Below are positions 18,162 to 37,320 of a stretch of DNA of 64,000 nt, piece by piece. Under the pieces are notes generated by a model that saw only the letters and a list, made by a program, of their open reading frames with translations, did no database searches and was not told where the DNA came from. The stretch lies in assembly GCF_009914755.1 (NCBI RefSeq), contig NC_060935.1. One strand, 5' to 3'. Source of the stretch: the human T2T-CHM13v2.0 reference genome, Homo sapiens. The translations under genes and the position numbers were made by a program. Numbering within the stretch: the stretch's first letter is position 1; each line of letters starts with the position of its first letter.

Positions 18162-18626
18162 CTATAAGAGAAAAGAAGGAAAACATTACATAACAGCTCA
18201 ACAATGGAAAAATATTGAAGTTATTAATAACTTTGACTTCACCAAGTAGATTCCACCTTATAAAGATGTTAGCCACTCTGCTTCATAAAATCACCATTTG
18301 TTATAGGAGTCTCCTCTGTGACTCTACTGATAAAACTAGGCCTCTCTGTTATATACAACATTTCAGTCTCATTTTCTGAATGAATTTTCTAAGTATGGAA
18401 ATCGTACCAGTATTTCTAATAAAAGGATCACTAACTCTTTTCTCAGAACCAGAAATGCTGCATCTGATATAACTAGTTATTAGCTGCCAAGTGAAATATA
18501 GAACTAATATTTTAGATAGGCTCAGGAGGCACTCTATCTCACTGGTAAACAAAATAAGCCATCACTATAATGACTCAAGGAAACACTATTGTTTTTTATG
18601 TTAAGGCAAGCAGGGTGAATATATGA

Positions 18627-18971
<345 letters not shown>

Positions 18972-19309
18972 TAGGCGTGAGCCACTGCGCCCGGCCTATC
19001 ATTGCTGTATTTCAAGTACCTGTTTACCTTGTAGGGTCTGCCCTACCAAATTAAAAGCTTTAAAGGATGGACCGACTGCTTGCCATTTGTCTCTGTATAA
19101 TTAACACTTACACAGTTCCTCATTATGTTTTCTTGATCCTGTTACTTAGATCCTCTGCCTTATCTATAAAGGGACTGGGCAGTTTGTTAAGGGCCAAAAA
19201 TAGGCTTTTGTCTTCCCTTTCTAATCCCGGAGAACTGAAGATCAAGCTGTAAGGTGTAACTGCTAGTGCAGGGGCTTACACAAGACGTCTCATGAAAGGG
19301 CTGACTTAC

Positions 19310-19414
19310 TGCGATGTTGTGACTGTTGGCACTGTTCTCTCCCAGAGCTTGGAGAAGCTGATCAATAGAGGAGTATGGAAGCCACACCATTGGGGCTGTT
19401 GCGGACAGTGGAAA
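19310..19414 (-). CDS. NUP160: NUP160 exon 35
   Basis: AG/GT bounded, 105 nt; FPLSATAPMVWLPYSSIDQLLQALGENSANSHNIA. Confidence 0.96.
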
Positions 19415-19553
19415 CTAAAAGGAAAATGTTTATTTGAAAACAGTCTGCAAAGTGTACCATTTCTTCTGGGTAGTTGCTTTCATAGGACTCTGTAGAATAA
19501 AATACCCTTTTTTTTTTTTTTTTGAGATGGTCTTGTTCTGTCGCCCAGGCTGA

Positions 19554-19661
<108 letters not shown>

Positions 19662-19920
19662 TAGCTAATTTTTTTATGTTTATTTTTAGTAGAGATGGGG
19701 TTTCACCATGTTGGACAGGCTGGTCTCAAACTCCTGGCCTCAAGTGATCCACCTGCCTTGGCCTCCGAAAGTGAGCCACTGTGCCCGGCAAAATAAAATG
19801 CATTTTTTCCCCCAACCACAAGAAACTGTGTGTATACATGTGCATGCACACAATGGGAACCCTCTTTTCTCCAACTGGGAAACTTGTCATTTTTTTCGGT
19901 TAAATATATTTAAAAATTCA

Positions 19921-20412
<492 letters not shown>

Positions 20413-21255
20413 TAGATAAAGGTTCTCACTATGTTGCCAAGGCTGGTCTTAACCTCTGGGTTTAAACGATCCTCACACCTTGACCTCCGAAAGTGCTAGG
20501 ATTACAGGTGTGAGCTATTGCACCTGGCTGATTTCATGAGGGTTGAAGCTGTAGTTAACTACACCTATTTAGACCTGGCTCTTCTATTATATTTGCCATC
20601 TGTATGAGCCTGTGATAACCTCTGAGCCTGTTCCCTCATGGGTTAAAAAATAGAAAATTAAAACATTCCTTCATAAGGCTGCTATAAGGATTAAATAAAA
20701 AAATGCTTGTAGAGACTTAACACAGTCCCGGCACACACACAATACCATTTTGTTTATCTCTCTCCACTGAATCCTAACTAATGCCATATTATTTTGATAG
20801 AGAAAGATGAAATTCCTATTTTATAAACAGGAGACTAGAGATTCCTAGAGTGTCAATATTTAGTTGTATAACTACAGATAGTAAAGGTTAAATACACTAA
20901 CATATAGTTCAATTTACTCTCAGATTCTCACCTTACATAGCATGATAATAAAAAGAAATGCCTAGGCCGGGCATGGTGGCTCACATGGGTAATCCCAGCA
21001 CTTTGGGAGGCCGAGGTGGGTGGATCACTTGAGGTTAGGAGTTCCGAGACCAGCCTGGCCAACATGGTGAAGCCCCATCTCTACCAAAAATATTAAAAAA
21101 TTAGCTGGATGTGGTGGCAGGTGCCTGTAATCCCAGCTACTCAGGAGGCTGAGGCAGGAGAATCACTTGAACCCGGGAGGCGGAGGCTGCAGTGAGGGAG
21201 TAAGTGGAGGCTGCATCACTGCACTCCAGCTTGGGCAACAGAGCAAAACTCAGTT

Positions 21256-21294
<39 letters not shown>

Positions 21295-21310
21295 TATACA
21301 TGCGCCTATA

Positions 21311-22005
<695 letters not shown>

Positions 22006-22016
22006 TATATGCCTAC

Positions 22017-22142
22017 CTCAATTCCGAAGTATTGATGTCCTTTTCCCAATACAGCATCCACATATTCTGACACCAAATCCACAGCTTCTTCTAAAAGGTC
22101 ATAGTTTAAGTATAAACGAAGCAATTCAGCAGCATCAACCTT
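22017..22142 (-). CDS. NUP160: NUP160 exon 34
   Basis: AG/GT bounded, 126 nt; KVDAAELLRLYLNYDLLEEAVDLVSEYVDAVLGKGHQYFGIE. Confidence 0.96.
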
Positions 22143-23075
22143 CTGTGAAAAGTCAGTGATTAAGAATATGTACCTATTTCCCTCCTACTTGAGTACTGAC
22201 CAAAGAATGTTGAGTGGCTGATTCCCTAACATTTGTATTTCTCAATATAATTAAACCAGTGGCTTGGTTTACTCATCTGTATCTTAGGATAAGAGCTGAT
22301 AACAAATCTGGGGAGTTAGGAAAAAAAAAAAGTTAAATCCCTAAGAGCCGTTACCTCTAGGCAGTTTGGGAGGCCCTTATCTGTTAAATAGCCTTCTTCC
22401 CCTGTTTTATGACCTAAGACATATTTTAACTTCTCTCCACTTCAGTTTCCACAGTTGTAAAGTCAACAAACTTTTCCTGAACACTAAAGTGACAATATAT
22501 TCACATAATAAGAAATATATGAATGACAAATGCAAAAGAAGTTCAAAGAATCACCAGCTTTAAATCTGAAGTCTCTATTTGGAAGAGCTCTATTAATTAA
22601 GCATGCTTTCTATATTCCCATTTGATCACAATCTTACCTTTACCATCTTAGCTGGCTTCCCTACTTTCCTATTTATTTATTTTTTTTGAGACAGAGTCTT
22701 GCTCTGTCGCCCAGGCTTGGGGGCAGTGGTGCAACCTCAGATCACTGTAACCTCTGCCTCCAGAGTAGCTGAGATTACAGGCACGCACCATCACATCCAG
22801 ATAATTTTTCTATTTTTAGTGGAGATGGGGTTTCACCATGTTGGCCAGGCTGGTCTCGAATTCCTGACCTCAGGTGATCTGCCTGCCTTGGCCTCCCAAA
22901 GCGCTGGGTTTACAGGCGTGAGTCACCGTGCCCGGCCTCCTTTCTACCTTAAAAAAAAACAAAAACAAAAACAAAAAAAACAAAACAAAACAAAACAAAA
23001 AAAACCAAAAAAAACTTTCCTGATTTTAAGCTTTAGATTTTCTCTTTCCTTATCCTACTAACGGTGGTTCAGATG

Positions 23076-23245
23076 CAGAAGTTCTCAAACTTTAGCATGC
23101 ATCAAAATCAAATTAGGAGCTTCTTAAAATGTAGATTTCTGGCTCCTAGCCTGAGATAATCTGATTCTGTAAGTCTAGGATGAGGAATCTGTATTTTGAA
23201 GAAGACTGCCATCTGAATAATTCTGATGCAGACAGTCTAAGAACC
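23076..23245. mobile_element. MER5-like hAT-Charlie element
   Basis: cagaagttctcaaactttagcatgcatcaaaatca...aatctgtatttt...ttctgatgca. A similar copy lies at ~24636-24765. Confidence 0.6.
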
Positions 23246-23262
23246 CGTTTTTGATTTTTAAT

Positions 23263-23348
23263 AGGTGAAACAGTGGGAGTGGAGAAGGAACCAATCGGAA
23301 ACTGGTTGTGCTCAATTAGTTGTAAACAACACGGCACTCAGACCAGCC
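23263..23348 (-). pseudogene. Y3 RNA (RNY3) retropseudogene
   Basis: Minus strand GGCTGGTCTGAGTGCCGTGTTGTTTACAACTAATTGAGCACAACCAGTT...TTCCTTCTCCACTCCCACTGTTTCAC matches hY3. 3'-truncated, with an A-rich tail at 23248-23262. Confidence 0.92.
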
Positions 23349-23864
23349 ATAGTGTTATATTATTTGAAAAGTACTCCACCGACTCCTGTGACTTTTTTGA
23401 GGTATGAAGAGTAAATCCTGTGTCATGCATATGCTCATTGTTCTAAATATAAACTCATTGTTCAGTGAATATAATAGGAGTCATTAACCTAATTACTAAC
23501 CTATGAAACTTCAAATCTAAATACACAGTAGTACTGTGGAAATGAATTTGAATTGTTCTTATGGTTTTAGCTATGATGAAAAGCTTCCCAAAGTACATAA
23601 GTCAATATGTTCCCATAAGTTATCACCCCATCTTTTTCTTTTTCTTTATATATTTTTAAATTTAAATAGAGATGGGGTCTCCCTGTGTTGCCCAAGCTGG
23701 TCTCAAACTCCTGGGCTCAAGCCATCCTCCCCTGTTGGCCTACCAATGTGCGGGCATGACAGGTATGAGCCACTGCAATCAGTCCATATTTTTAATCATC
23801 TCATGAAGTTATCCAGAATGATAAAGAGTGGGTTCTTACTCTGTACAAGTTATAATCCGTTTAC

Positions 23865-24006
23865 CTTGTAACTGTTTATAAGCCAATTAGGCAGAGGCAC
23901 TCCATGAGACAAGAGCTTGTTGATTACACAGTGGTGATACAAGTTATTCTGGACTTTGTACCTCTCCAGGTAAGTGGATAATAGTCGCCATGCTTCATCT
24001 GTAGCA
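23865..24006 (-). CDS. NUP160: NUP160 exon 33
   Basis: 142 nt, phase 2-0; ATDEAWRLLSTYLERYKVQNNLYHHCVINKLLSHGVPLPNWLINSYK. Confidence 0.96.
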
Positions 24007-25395
24007 CTTGAAAAAAACAAAAATGACTAATGAGTTTCAGATTCTTAATAGCTATTTAGAGTACCATTCAAAGCATGTATTTACAAGGAAAACTTTTTTT
24101 TCAGACAGGGTCTTGCTCTGTCACCCAGGCTAGAGTGGAGTGGTGTGATCTCAGCTCACTGCAGCCTCAGCCCCAGATTCTCCCATTTCAGCTTCCTAAA
24201 TAGCTGGGAATACAGGCATGCACCACTATGCCCAGCTAATTTTGTTTATGTTTTGTAGAGACAAGGACTTGCTATGTTGTCCACGCTGGTATTAAACTCC
24301 AGAGCTAAAGTGATCCTCTGACCTTGTCCTCCCTAAGTGTTGGGATTACAGGCAGGAGTCACCATGCCCAGCCTTACAAGGAAAACTTTAGAAATTAACA
24401 ACTGAATCAATAATATAGCTAAATGGGAACAAATATTATTTGGGCTAATGTGACTTATGGGGATAGCACTAGAAACTAGATGTCTTGGGTTCGTATATTC
24501 CTCTCCCACTAACGTATTTAGTATTTAGTAAACAAACATATTTAGTAAATGAACGTTATTTGTTTGGCTATTAATGCATAATTCATTTAACTCCTTTGTT
24601 TCTGCATTTCTAAAACAAGAAACTGGTTCAGAACACTGGTTCTCAAACCTGATCAAGCATTAGAATCATGCAGAAGTTCTAACTTAGAAGACTAGGGTGA
24701 TTTCTCATAATCTGTATTTTAATAAGTTATTCTGATGTGCTAATTTAGGGGTTGAAAACTAATGTCAGAGAACTTCCAAATTCTAAAGTGCTATCACTCT
24801 AAAGTGCTAAGCTGTATAATACCAAGTGCAAATGCAGTTCAGAAAGGGAAGTTTACTGAGGGTTAGGAATGTTAGAGAAGGTTTCTGAAGAAGCTGAAGT
24901 ATATTTACGTGGACACAAAGTGGGTGCACTGGGGAAGTATACGAACCAGAGGAGATCTGAAGAAGGTATAGTGGATGATGGGGGCTGATGGGTGACAGAC
25001 TGCTGAACAGCAGCTGGAGACAAGATATAAGAGGACACTGTGATGAAACCATGCAGTGACTGCTCAGTGGAAGAAATGGGGGAAAAAAGGAGGATAACAC
25101 TCCGAAACAAGTAAATACAGATTTTTGCCTGTAAGAGTACCCTTTCCTGATATGAAACAGTAAGTCTTTGAGGAGGGGGATATGGAGAAGGAGACATTTC
25201 ATAGGCAAAGACATCCTAGTTTGGACAATAAATGACATGATGTCACCTTAATTATAAACTTTCCAGCCCCTATAAAAACTTAGCCAAAAAGAAAGAAAAA
25301 AGTGAAATGATCTATGTAGGACAATTTAGTCAGAGAAAGACAGTTACAGCTTTTAGAAAGGCAAAACTACCCAGGGTTGAACACCAGGGTTGTAC

Positions 25396-25497
25396 CTAGA
25401 CTCCTTAGTAGTGATGACAGATGAGAGCTGATTGGCTGCTAGCCAGGCCCAGGCTTCTGCTTGTGCTGCCTCTCCTCCAAATTGCAATTTGATGCAT
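25396..25497 (-). CDS. NUP160: NUP160 exon 32
   Basis: 102 nt, phase 2-2; CIKLQFGGEAAQAEAWAWLAANQLSSVITTKES. Confidence 0.96.
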
Positions 25498-25675
25498 CTG
25501 GAATGAAAATGGTTCCACACTTGAAAACTGAACGCTGAAACGTACCACTTTAATTTGATACTAAAACTAGAGAGATAGATGACAACTTCATCTCTAGTCT
25601 TTTGCTGAATTCACTACTGGAATATTGGCTCATCTCTTCCTCAAGTTACACAACTGGATACCTACAAGAACATGA

Positions 25676-25855
<180 letters not shown>

Positions 25856-25970
25856 TGAGTAGCTGGGACTACAGGCCCATGCCACCATGCCTGGCTAATT
25901 TTTTGTATATTTAGTAGAGACGGGGTTTCACTGTGTTAGCCAGGATGGTCTTGATCTCCTGACCTCATGA

Positions 25971-26510
<540 letters not shown>

Positions 26511-26631
26511 TGAAATTACTGTTGTGTGCCACACCCTCATTTTTGTATTTTTAGTAGAGACAGGGTTTCACCATGTTGGCCAGGCTGGTCCCAAGCGATC
26601 CACCCGCCACAGCCTCCCAAAGTATTAGTAG

Positions 26632-26907
<276 letters not shown>

Positions 26908-27130
26908 TGATCCGCCCGCCTCGGCCTCCCAAAGTGCTGGGATTACAGGCGTGAGCCACTGCGCTCAGCCTGAAATTCTTTTTAAGAATGCTTGGATGGA
27001 TTAAACAAAACACTTCTTCAAATCATAAATGATATATGGGCTACTTGGCTTATGACGACTGTTTCACACTGAGCAAGAGGATAATATATTTGCATTAGAA
27101 AAGACTATAAAAAAATAATTTTATACATAC

Positions 27131-27254
27131 TTGAAGGCAAGCCCTTCAAAGACTGGCGTTAAGGGAAGCTTAAAAGTCTGACAGAGTGATATGGCAGTGT
27201 CAAAGAGGCCCGCCTGAACCAAGAGAGTGACCATTTCCTCTGCTGATGAACTTC
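27131..27254 (-). CDS. NUP160: NUP160 exon 31
   Basis: 124 nt, phase 1-2; SSSAEEMVTLLVQAGLFDTAISLCQTFKLPLTPVFEGLAF. Confidence 0.96.
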
Positions 27255-27449
27255 CTGTGAAAATGGAAAAAGATTATTTCGTGTAGCCAAGGTATACACA
27301 AATGAAACCAAAGATTTTGTTTTGTTGATGAGTATCTCTGAGTAATAACCCAGGCTTTATACCCATCTACCATGCTACATACACTGCCTGGACCTAAAAT
27401 GTGCTCGTGGTGCTGACAAGTCAGAGGCTTTAAACTCTTGAATTCCTAC

Positions 27450-27560
27450 CAGCAACTGCAACCGCTGATGGATCATGCTGAGCCAAAGTGAGGCGGATGC
27501 GAGCCAAGGAACACTCTTTCTCCAGATCTTCCAGTTCCAGGATTTCAATTTGTCGATTTG
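27450..27560 (-). CDS. NUP160: NUP160 exon 30
   Basis: 111 nt, phase 1-1; NRQIEILELEDLEKECSLARIRLTLAQHDPSAVAVA. Confidence 0.96.
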
Positions 27561-27823
27561 CTATACATCAAAGAAAAATATTTTGAACTCCCAAAATACA
27601 AAGAAGTATCCATCAGATTAACGCAACCTGTCAATTTCCACTGAACATTAAGTAACATTCAATCTAATTTCCAAATGCATGAAGGAAGGAGAAAATAGGG
27701 CACTAAATAAATGCTAACTTAAACAAATTATGCAATATCCCATGTCAAATCAAAGTATTTTAACCGACTGCAGTTGAGGAGGTGCTTACAAGGTACTACA
27801 TGTAATTTCATTTAACTCTTTAA

Positions 27824-28174
<351 letters not shown>

Positions 28175-28717
28175 TGAACTCCTGAGCTCAAATGACCCTC
28201 CTGCCTTGGCCTCCCAAAATGCTGGGATTACAAGGCATGAGCCACTGCACCTGGCCTCATTTAACTATTATAATTGTGAAATACTGTCTGTCATCTCTAT
28301 CAATAAGAAAGAAATATGACCAAACTGTGAGAGGCAGAAATAAAACCAGGTGTGTCCAAATCTAGAGCCTCGGCTCTTTATGGAAGGATATCATGCCTCT
28401 GTGGAAATAGCAAAAGAACTTGATAAAAAAAAAGCTTGGAACTAAGCTGATTTAAATACAACATTCAAGAAAAAAACCACATTCTTATTTAAGCATTTTC
28501 ATTTCTCTTACTGTTGTACAACATTTTCGAAGTGCTACCAGACAACCTTTAGCAGATTAGAATGCTGAAAATAAACTAAAAAGAAGGAACTTTACAATAT
28601 TTTTACAGCAATGTAATTATTATATATAATATATAGTATATAACGTTACTACTATGTATAGTATATAACAATGTAACTGTATATGTTACAATATAACTAC
28701 TGTCTAAATTGCATGTA

Positions 28718-30748
<2,031 letters not shown>

Positions 30749-30878
30749 TTACTACTATAACATTTATATATTACTATTATATGTAGCTTATTTAACTACA
30801 TATTTCTATCATAATACAACTAACAATAACAATATTACTACTGTCTAGCAAAGAACCAGTGTGAGACTCCTGACTCAC

Positions 30879-30939
30879 TGGGGGCAGCTGTGCATTCTCC
30901 ATCATGATTCCTCTTAGGGGATGCTCCAGGGCGATCATA
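30879..30939 (-). CDS. NUP160: NUP160 exon 29
   Basis: 61 nt, phase 0-1; YDRPGASPKRNHDGECTAAP. Confidence 0.95.
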
Positions 30940-31734
30940 CTGATAAAACAAAACAAGCAATTTAACTGTGAAAATCAGTATTTTATTCTGATATCATTAA
31001 CGGTGATTCATAGCTTTTATGCTTAAATTTTCTCAATGGAAATTATTTTTGTTTCGACCAGCAGAGCTCTTCTTACAGAGGTACTGTAACTATGAGACAA
31101 AGAAAGAAGTTCTTTGCCAAGTTGTTAACTTAACCATAACATATTACTGAGTCCAAGGACAGGGATTTGATCTCCATGTAAATCAACTAATTTTTCTCGG
31201 CTCCAGAGTTATATATCACAGAAACAGCTGCATGTATCTGACCCATCAGTATGATAGGAAAAACTCAAAGTGTGTGTCCTTTAAAACAGTAACTGTAGAC
31301 TGCATTAACAAACACAATAGAAATAAAAGCAGCTACCATTTACTGAGCACAGTTTGTGGGCCAGGCACTGTTACTGTTCTAAGCAATCGACTTGAATTAT
31401 CTCATTAATACCCAAACAATCCTATAAAGTAGATATTATCCGTATTTTATGCCAGAGAATGACAAAAGATTAAGTAACTTGTCTGAATTGGGTCAGGTCT
31501 AACTCCAAAACCACTCTGCAATATTTCTTCCTACAATAATTCTGAACTTGAAAACTAAAGGGGTAGTAATATACAACAATTGAATTGTAAACATAGATTT
31601 TTTTCACAAATATCTCAGTAGAAATTGTAAATCAAAAGAAGCAAAATGACACAATAGTTTTGAAAGGACCAAAACAAGTAGATTTACTTGTTCCAGGATG
31701 AACCCCCAAATTCCAGGATGAAATGTTTTCATAC

Positions 31735-31895
31735 CACTGCACCAGACACTGGCTGCACAATCCACGCATATTCTGGACGAATAAGTCGTAAACAATTGAG
31801 AGCAGCCAGATAACAGTTGCCTTGTTTCTCAAGTCCCCGGAGAGTTCGAACTTCTCTGCCAAGCCGCATTCCATACTCAAACATCACTGTGCCAG
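31735..31895 (-). CDS. NUP160: NUP160 exon 28
   Basis: 161 nt, phase 1-0; GTVMFEYGMRLGREVRTLRGLEKQGNCYLAALNCLRLIRPEYAWIVQPVSGAV. Confidence 0.96.
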
Positions 31896-31917
31896 CTATG
31901 AGGAGATAATAAATTAG

Positions 31918-32100
<183 letters not shown>

Positions 32101-32346
32101 TAATTTTTGTATTTTTGGTAGAGAGTTTAGTAGAGAGTTTCACCATGTTGGTCTCGAATTTGTGGCCTCGTGATCCGCCCACCTCAGCCTCCCAAAGTGC
32201 TGGGATTACAGGTGTGAGCCACCACACCCAGCCTTCCAAAATTTGTTTCTCTAGAGATACGCAGGGAGAATGCTATCCCTAATCAAATGTTAAAATTTAA
32301 AACAAAATTGGGTTTGATGTAACCCCTGCCCCCCCTCCCCAAAATC

Positions 32347-33150
<804 letters not shown>

Positions 33151-33311
33151 AAGATAGCGGGCGCGGTGGCTCATGCCTGTGATTCCAGCACTCTGGGAGG
33201 CCAAGACGGGCGGATCATGAGGTCAGGAGATCGAGACCATCCTGGCCAACAGGGTGAAACCCCGTCTCTACTAAAAATACAAAAAAATAGCCAGGCATGG
33301 TGGCAGCCTCA

Positions 33312-33638
<327 letters not shown>

Positions 33639-34727
33639 TCAGGAGTTCAAGACCAGCCTGACCAACACATGGTGAAACCCTCTCTCTACTAAAAATGCAA
33701 AAAAAATTGTCGAGCGTGGTGGTGCATGCCTGCAGTCCCAGCTACTCAGGAGTCTGAGGCAGGAGAATCGCTTGAACCTGGGAAGGCGGAGGTTGCAGTG
33801 AGCCGAGATTATGCCACTGAACTCCAGCCTAGACGACAGAGCGGGACTCTGTCTCGAAAACAAACAAACAAACAAAAACAAAACAAAACAAAAACTAGCT
33901 GGGCATGGTGGTAGGTGCCTGTAATCCCAGCTACTTGAGAGGCTGAGGCAGGAGAATTGCTTGAACCTGGAAGTGGAGGTTGCTGTGAGCCGAGATCGAG
34001 ACACTGCACTCCAGGCTGATCGATAGAGTGAGACTGTCTCAAAAAAAAAAGAACATAGATTCTCATTTTTATAATACTTTAGTTGCACATATTCAATAAG
34101 ATTCTGAAAAGTCCATTGTTCTGGAACAGCATGGGACTCCAGAAATTAAAATATCATTAAAAATTCTTTTAGTTTTCAAATAAAGCTATTTTTCATTTCA
34201 ACAAATATTTTTGAATACCTGCAATATGTAAGGCGCTTTCAGAAGAACAGCCTTGCTCTAGAAAAACCTGAACATTAATCTTGCTAAACTGGTACTAAGC
34301 AGGTTGATATAATGTTATTGTGAAAGCAGATACTGAGAGATCTTTAATAATTTTTATTTCCCTTCCTATATGATTCAAGAAAATAAAGAATATGCAAATA
34401 TGTTTTACTATTAGGAATGTTAAGAACCTGCCTATGAATAAACCCCATCTACTTTTTTCCAATGAAAATCAGCAAGAAACCAAAGAAAATTCTAAGTAAA
34501 AATGGTACAAAAATGTTAGACATTCCACAGTGATTATATTGTAAAATATAATCTTAAAACAATCTCACATTCCGCTCACATTCCGTTCATTTTAGCTGTT
34601 CTGATAAATAATTCATTGATAATGTAAGTCCAAATTAAGATACATTCTACAAAAATGACTGACCTACATGCTTCAAAAATATCAATGTCATCAAAGGCAA
34701 AGTGAGGCTCCAGATTAAAGGAGCCTA

Positions 34728-35093
<366 letters not shown>

Positions 35094-35115
35094 CTAAAAA
35101 AAAAAAAAAAAAAAA

Positions 35116-35374
35116 AAGGAGCAGCTGCGGAAGCCCAGACACCAGGAAGGTGAGATCTTCCACACAGAAAAAGAGAAATACGAGATTACAGAGCACAGTA
35201 GGATCAATCAGAAAGCTGTGGACTCACAAATTTTACCAAAAATCAAAGCTATTCCTTAGCTCCAGGGCTACCTGTGATCTGTGTTTGCCCTGACAAATGG
35301 AATTTATCCTTACAAATTGCTGTTCTAAATGTCTTAAGAAGAACCTAATTAAATAACTGATGACATTAAAAAAA
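35116..35374 (+). pseudogene. 5'-truncated processed pseudogene of ribosomal protein L6 (RPL6/eL6)
   Basis: 35116-35328 translates [68 protein letters not shown], the RPL6 C-terminus with two premature stops (35257, 35275). Followed by a 3' UTR, ATTAAA at 35348-35353 and an A tail. Confidence 0.93.
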
Positions 35375-36731
35375 TCATGATGTCTTTAACTTCCTCCCAG
35401 AAGGACCAGCAAAAACAAACAAGTAAGTAAATAAATAAATAGATATTGAGAGAGAGAGGAAGGAAGGGGGAAGAAAGGAAAGGAGGGAAGAGGAGATAAG
35501 AAAATGATGTAAAATATTAACAGTTGGGGAATTTGGATGAAAGGTATATAGGGTGATATTCACTGCGTTAATGTTTTAACTTTTCTGTAGACTTGACAAA
35601 TTTTACATTAAAAAGTTGAATGAAGAAAAAAGAATTCACCAGGATATCATTTGATAACTTCTAAATGTAATTTTTTTTGAGACAGGGTCTCGCTCTGTCA
35701 CCTAGGCTGGAGTGCAGTGACATGATTTTGGCTCACTGCAACCTCCACCTTCTGGGTTCAAGAGTAGCTGAGATTACAGGCATCCGCCACCATGCCCGGC
35801 TATTTTTTGTATTTTCAGTAGAGAGGGGATTTCACCATGTCGGCCAGGCTGGTCTCGAACTCCTGACATTAAGCGATCCACCTGCCTCAGCCTCCTCAAG
35901 TACTGGGATTACAGGCGTGGGCCACCGCGCCCAACCCTAAATGTAAATTTTAGTCCCCTCTTTAAGGACTTTGCATTTAATTGAGGGGATGTGGGACAAT
36001 CTAACCACAGCTAATGCGGAATATCATCTATTATACTCATAACCTAAGCACATTTAAGCAGTCAGAATTTTGCTCTAAGAACTGAAATGTGGAAATTCAC
36101 TGAAATGTGAAGGCTAATGGTGAAATAGCACAGGAACTCAAACCCAGTCTCAAAAATTCATGCTGTCTCTAGTGAAAAAGCTAATTTCCTTTATTTATTT
36201 ATGAGACGGAGTTTTGCTTTTCGCCCAGGATGGAGTGAAGTGGCGTGATCTTGGCTCACTGTAACCTCCGCCCCCCGCCCCACCCTGTTCAAGCAATTCT
36301 CCTGCCTCAGCCTCCTGAGTAGCTGGGATTACAGGTGCCCACCACCACATATGGCTAATTTTTGTATTTTTAGTAGAGAAGGGGTTTCGCCATGTTGGCC
36401 AGGCTGGTCTCGAACTCCTGACCTCAGGTGATCCACCTGCCTTGGCCTCCCAAAGTGCTAGGATTACAGGTGTAAGCCACTGCGCCCAGTGCTAATTTCC
36501 TTTATAATTGTACAGAAGATGCACACAGAATGCCATTTTAGTGGCAACGCCTTGAGAAAGTTCTAGAATGGAAGCAAGGGCCTATCTTCAAGGTAATCTT
36601 CACAAGGTTTAAGCTAATCTTGTACTTAAACACATATTAAAAATTACCTAAGTCCAACACACAATATTTTGGTAAAACATGATTAAACTAATAAGGCTGT
36701 CTGCAAGATACTGTCTGGTTACATTGCTCAC

Positions 36732-36837
36732 CCTTGCGGTAATTGTGGCGATAGATGTGAAAGGCATACAGAAGTTCATAGTAATTGTGAGTCATAAGGT
36801 CCACAGCTCTAGCACGTGACTCAATTATTCCCACAAC
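36732..36837 (-). CDS. NUP160: NUP160 exon 27
   Basis: 106 nt, phase 0-1; VVGIIESRARAVDLMTHNYYELLYAFHIYRHNYRK. Confidence 0.96.
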
Positions 36838-36930
36838 CTAGGGAAGGGGAAGCAATCAGATAACTAAGTCAGTAGCAATCATGGCAACCACCATACTTGT
36901 TGAAAGCCATCACTGGATAAGTAAAATTAC

Positions 36931-37027
36931 CTCATTATGCAGATTCACATAGGGAAACTCTACAAGATCCTGTAGCTGTGAGCGTTCACAAAGAACTACC
37001 ACCAACTGCCGTAAACAATCTAATTGC
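36931..37027 (-). CDS. NUP160: NUP160 exon 26
   Basis: 97 nt, phase 2-0; QLDCLRQLVVVLCERSQLQDLVEFPYVNLHNE. Confidence 0.96.
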
Positions 37028-37120
37028 CTAGAAGGAAAGAAAGGAATATGAGGGCAAACTATCTTAGTAGGTTAAACAGAGTTGGTAAATTGTCTTCTCT
37101 AAAAAAGGCCATGAAATTAC

Positions 37121-37215
37121 CTGCTGGAATCAGGAATTTGGGTTAAGGCTTCATATGCTTGGCTATTGTGACCCAAATCCAAATGATGTTTGAAAATACA
37201 TGTCCTTAGAGTAGC
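37121..37215 (-). CDS. NUP160: NUP160 exon 25
   Basis: 95 nt, phase 0-2; ATLRTCIFKHHLDLGHNSQAYEALTQIPDSS. Confidence 0.96.
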
Positions 37216-37320
37216 CTAAATATCAAATGTAGATCAAATATCAAAAAGAGCAATAGAAATGAACATACCACACCCACAACAAACCTTAAAGAAAACAACC
37301 AAATTGCAGCCAATTCTTAC

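Noticed and set aside
24807-25238. 143-aa and 114-aa minus-strand ORFs as an independent gene
   Set aside because: No recognisable homology or promoter. Kept only as a candidate cryptic exon.
31691-31722. 12-bp direct repeat ttccaggatgaa near the exon 28 donor
   Set aside because: Short local duplication with no supportable function.
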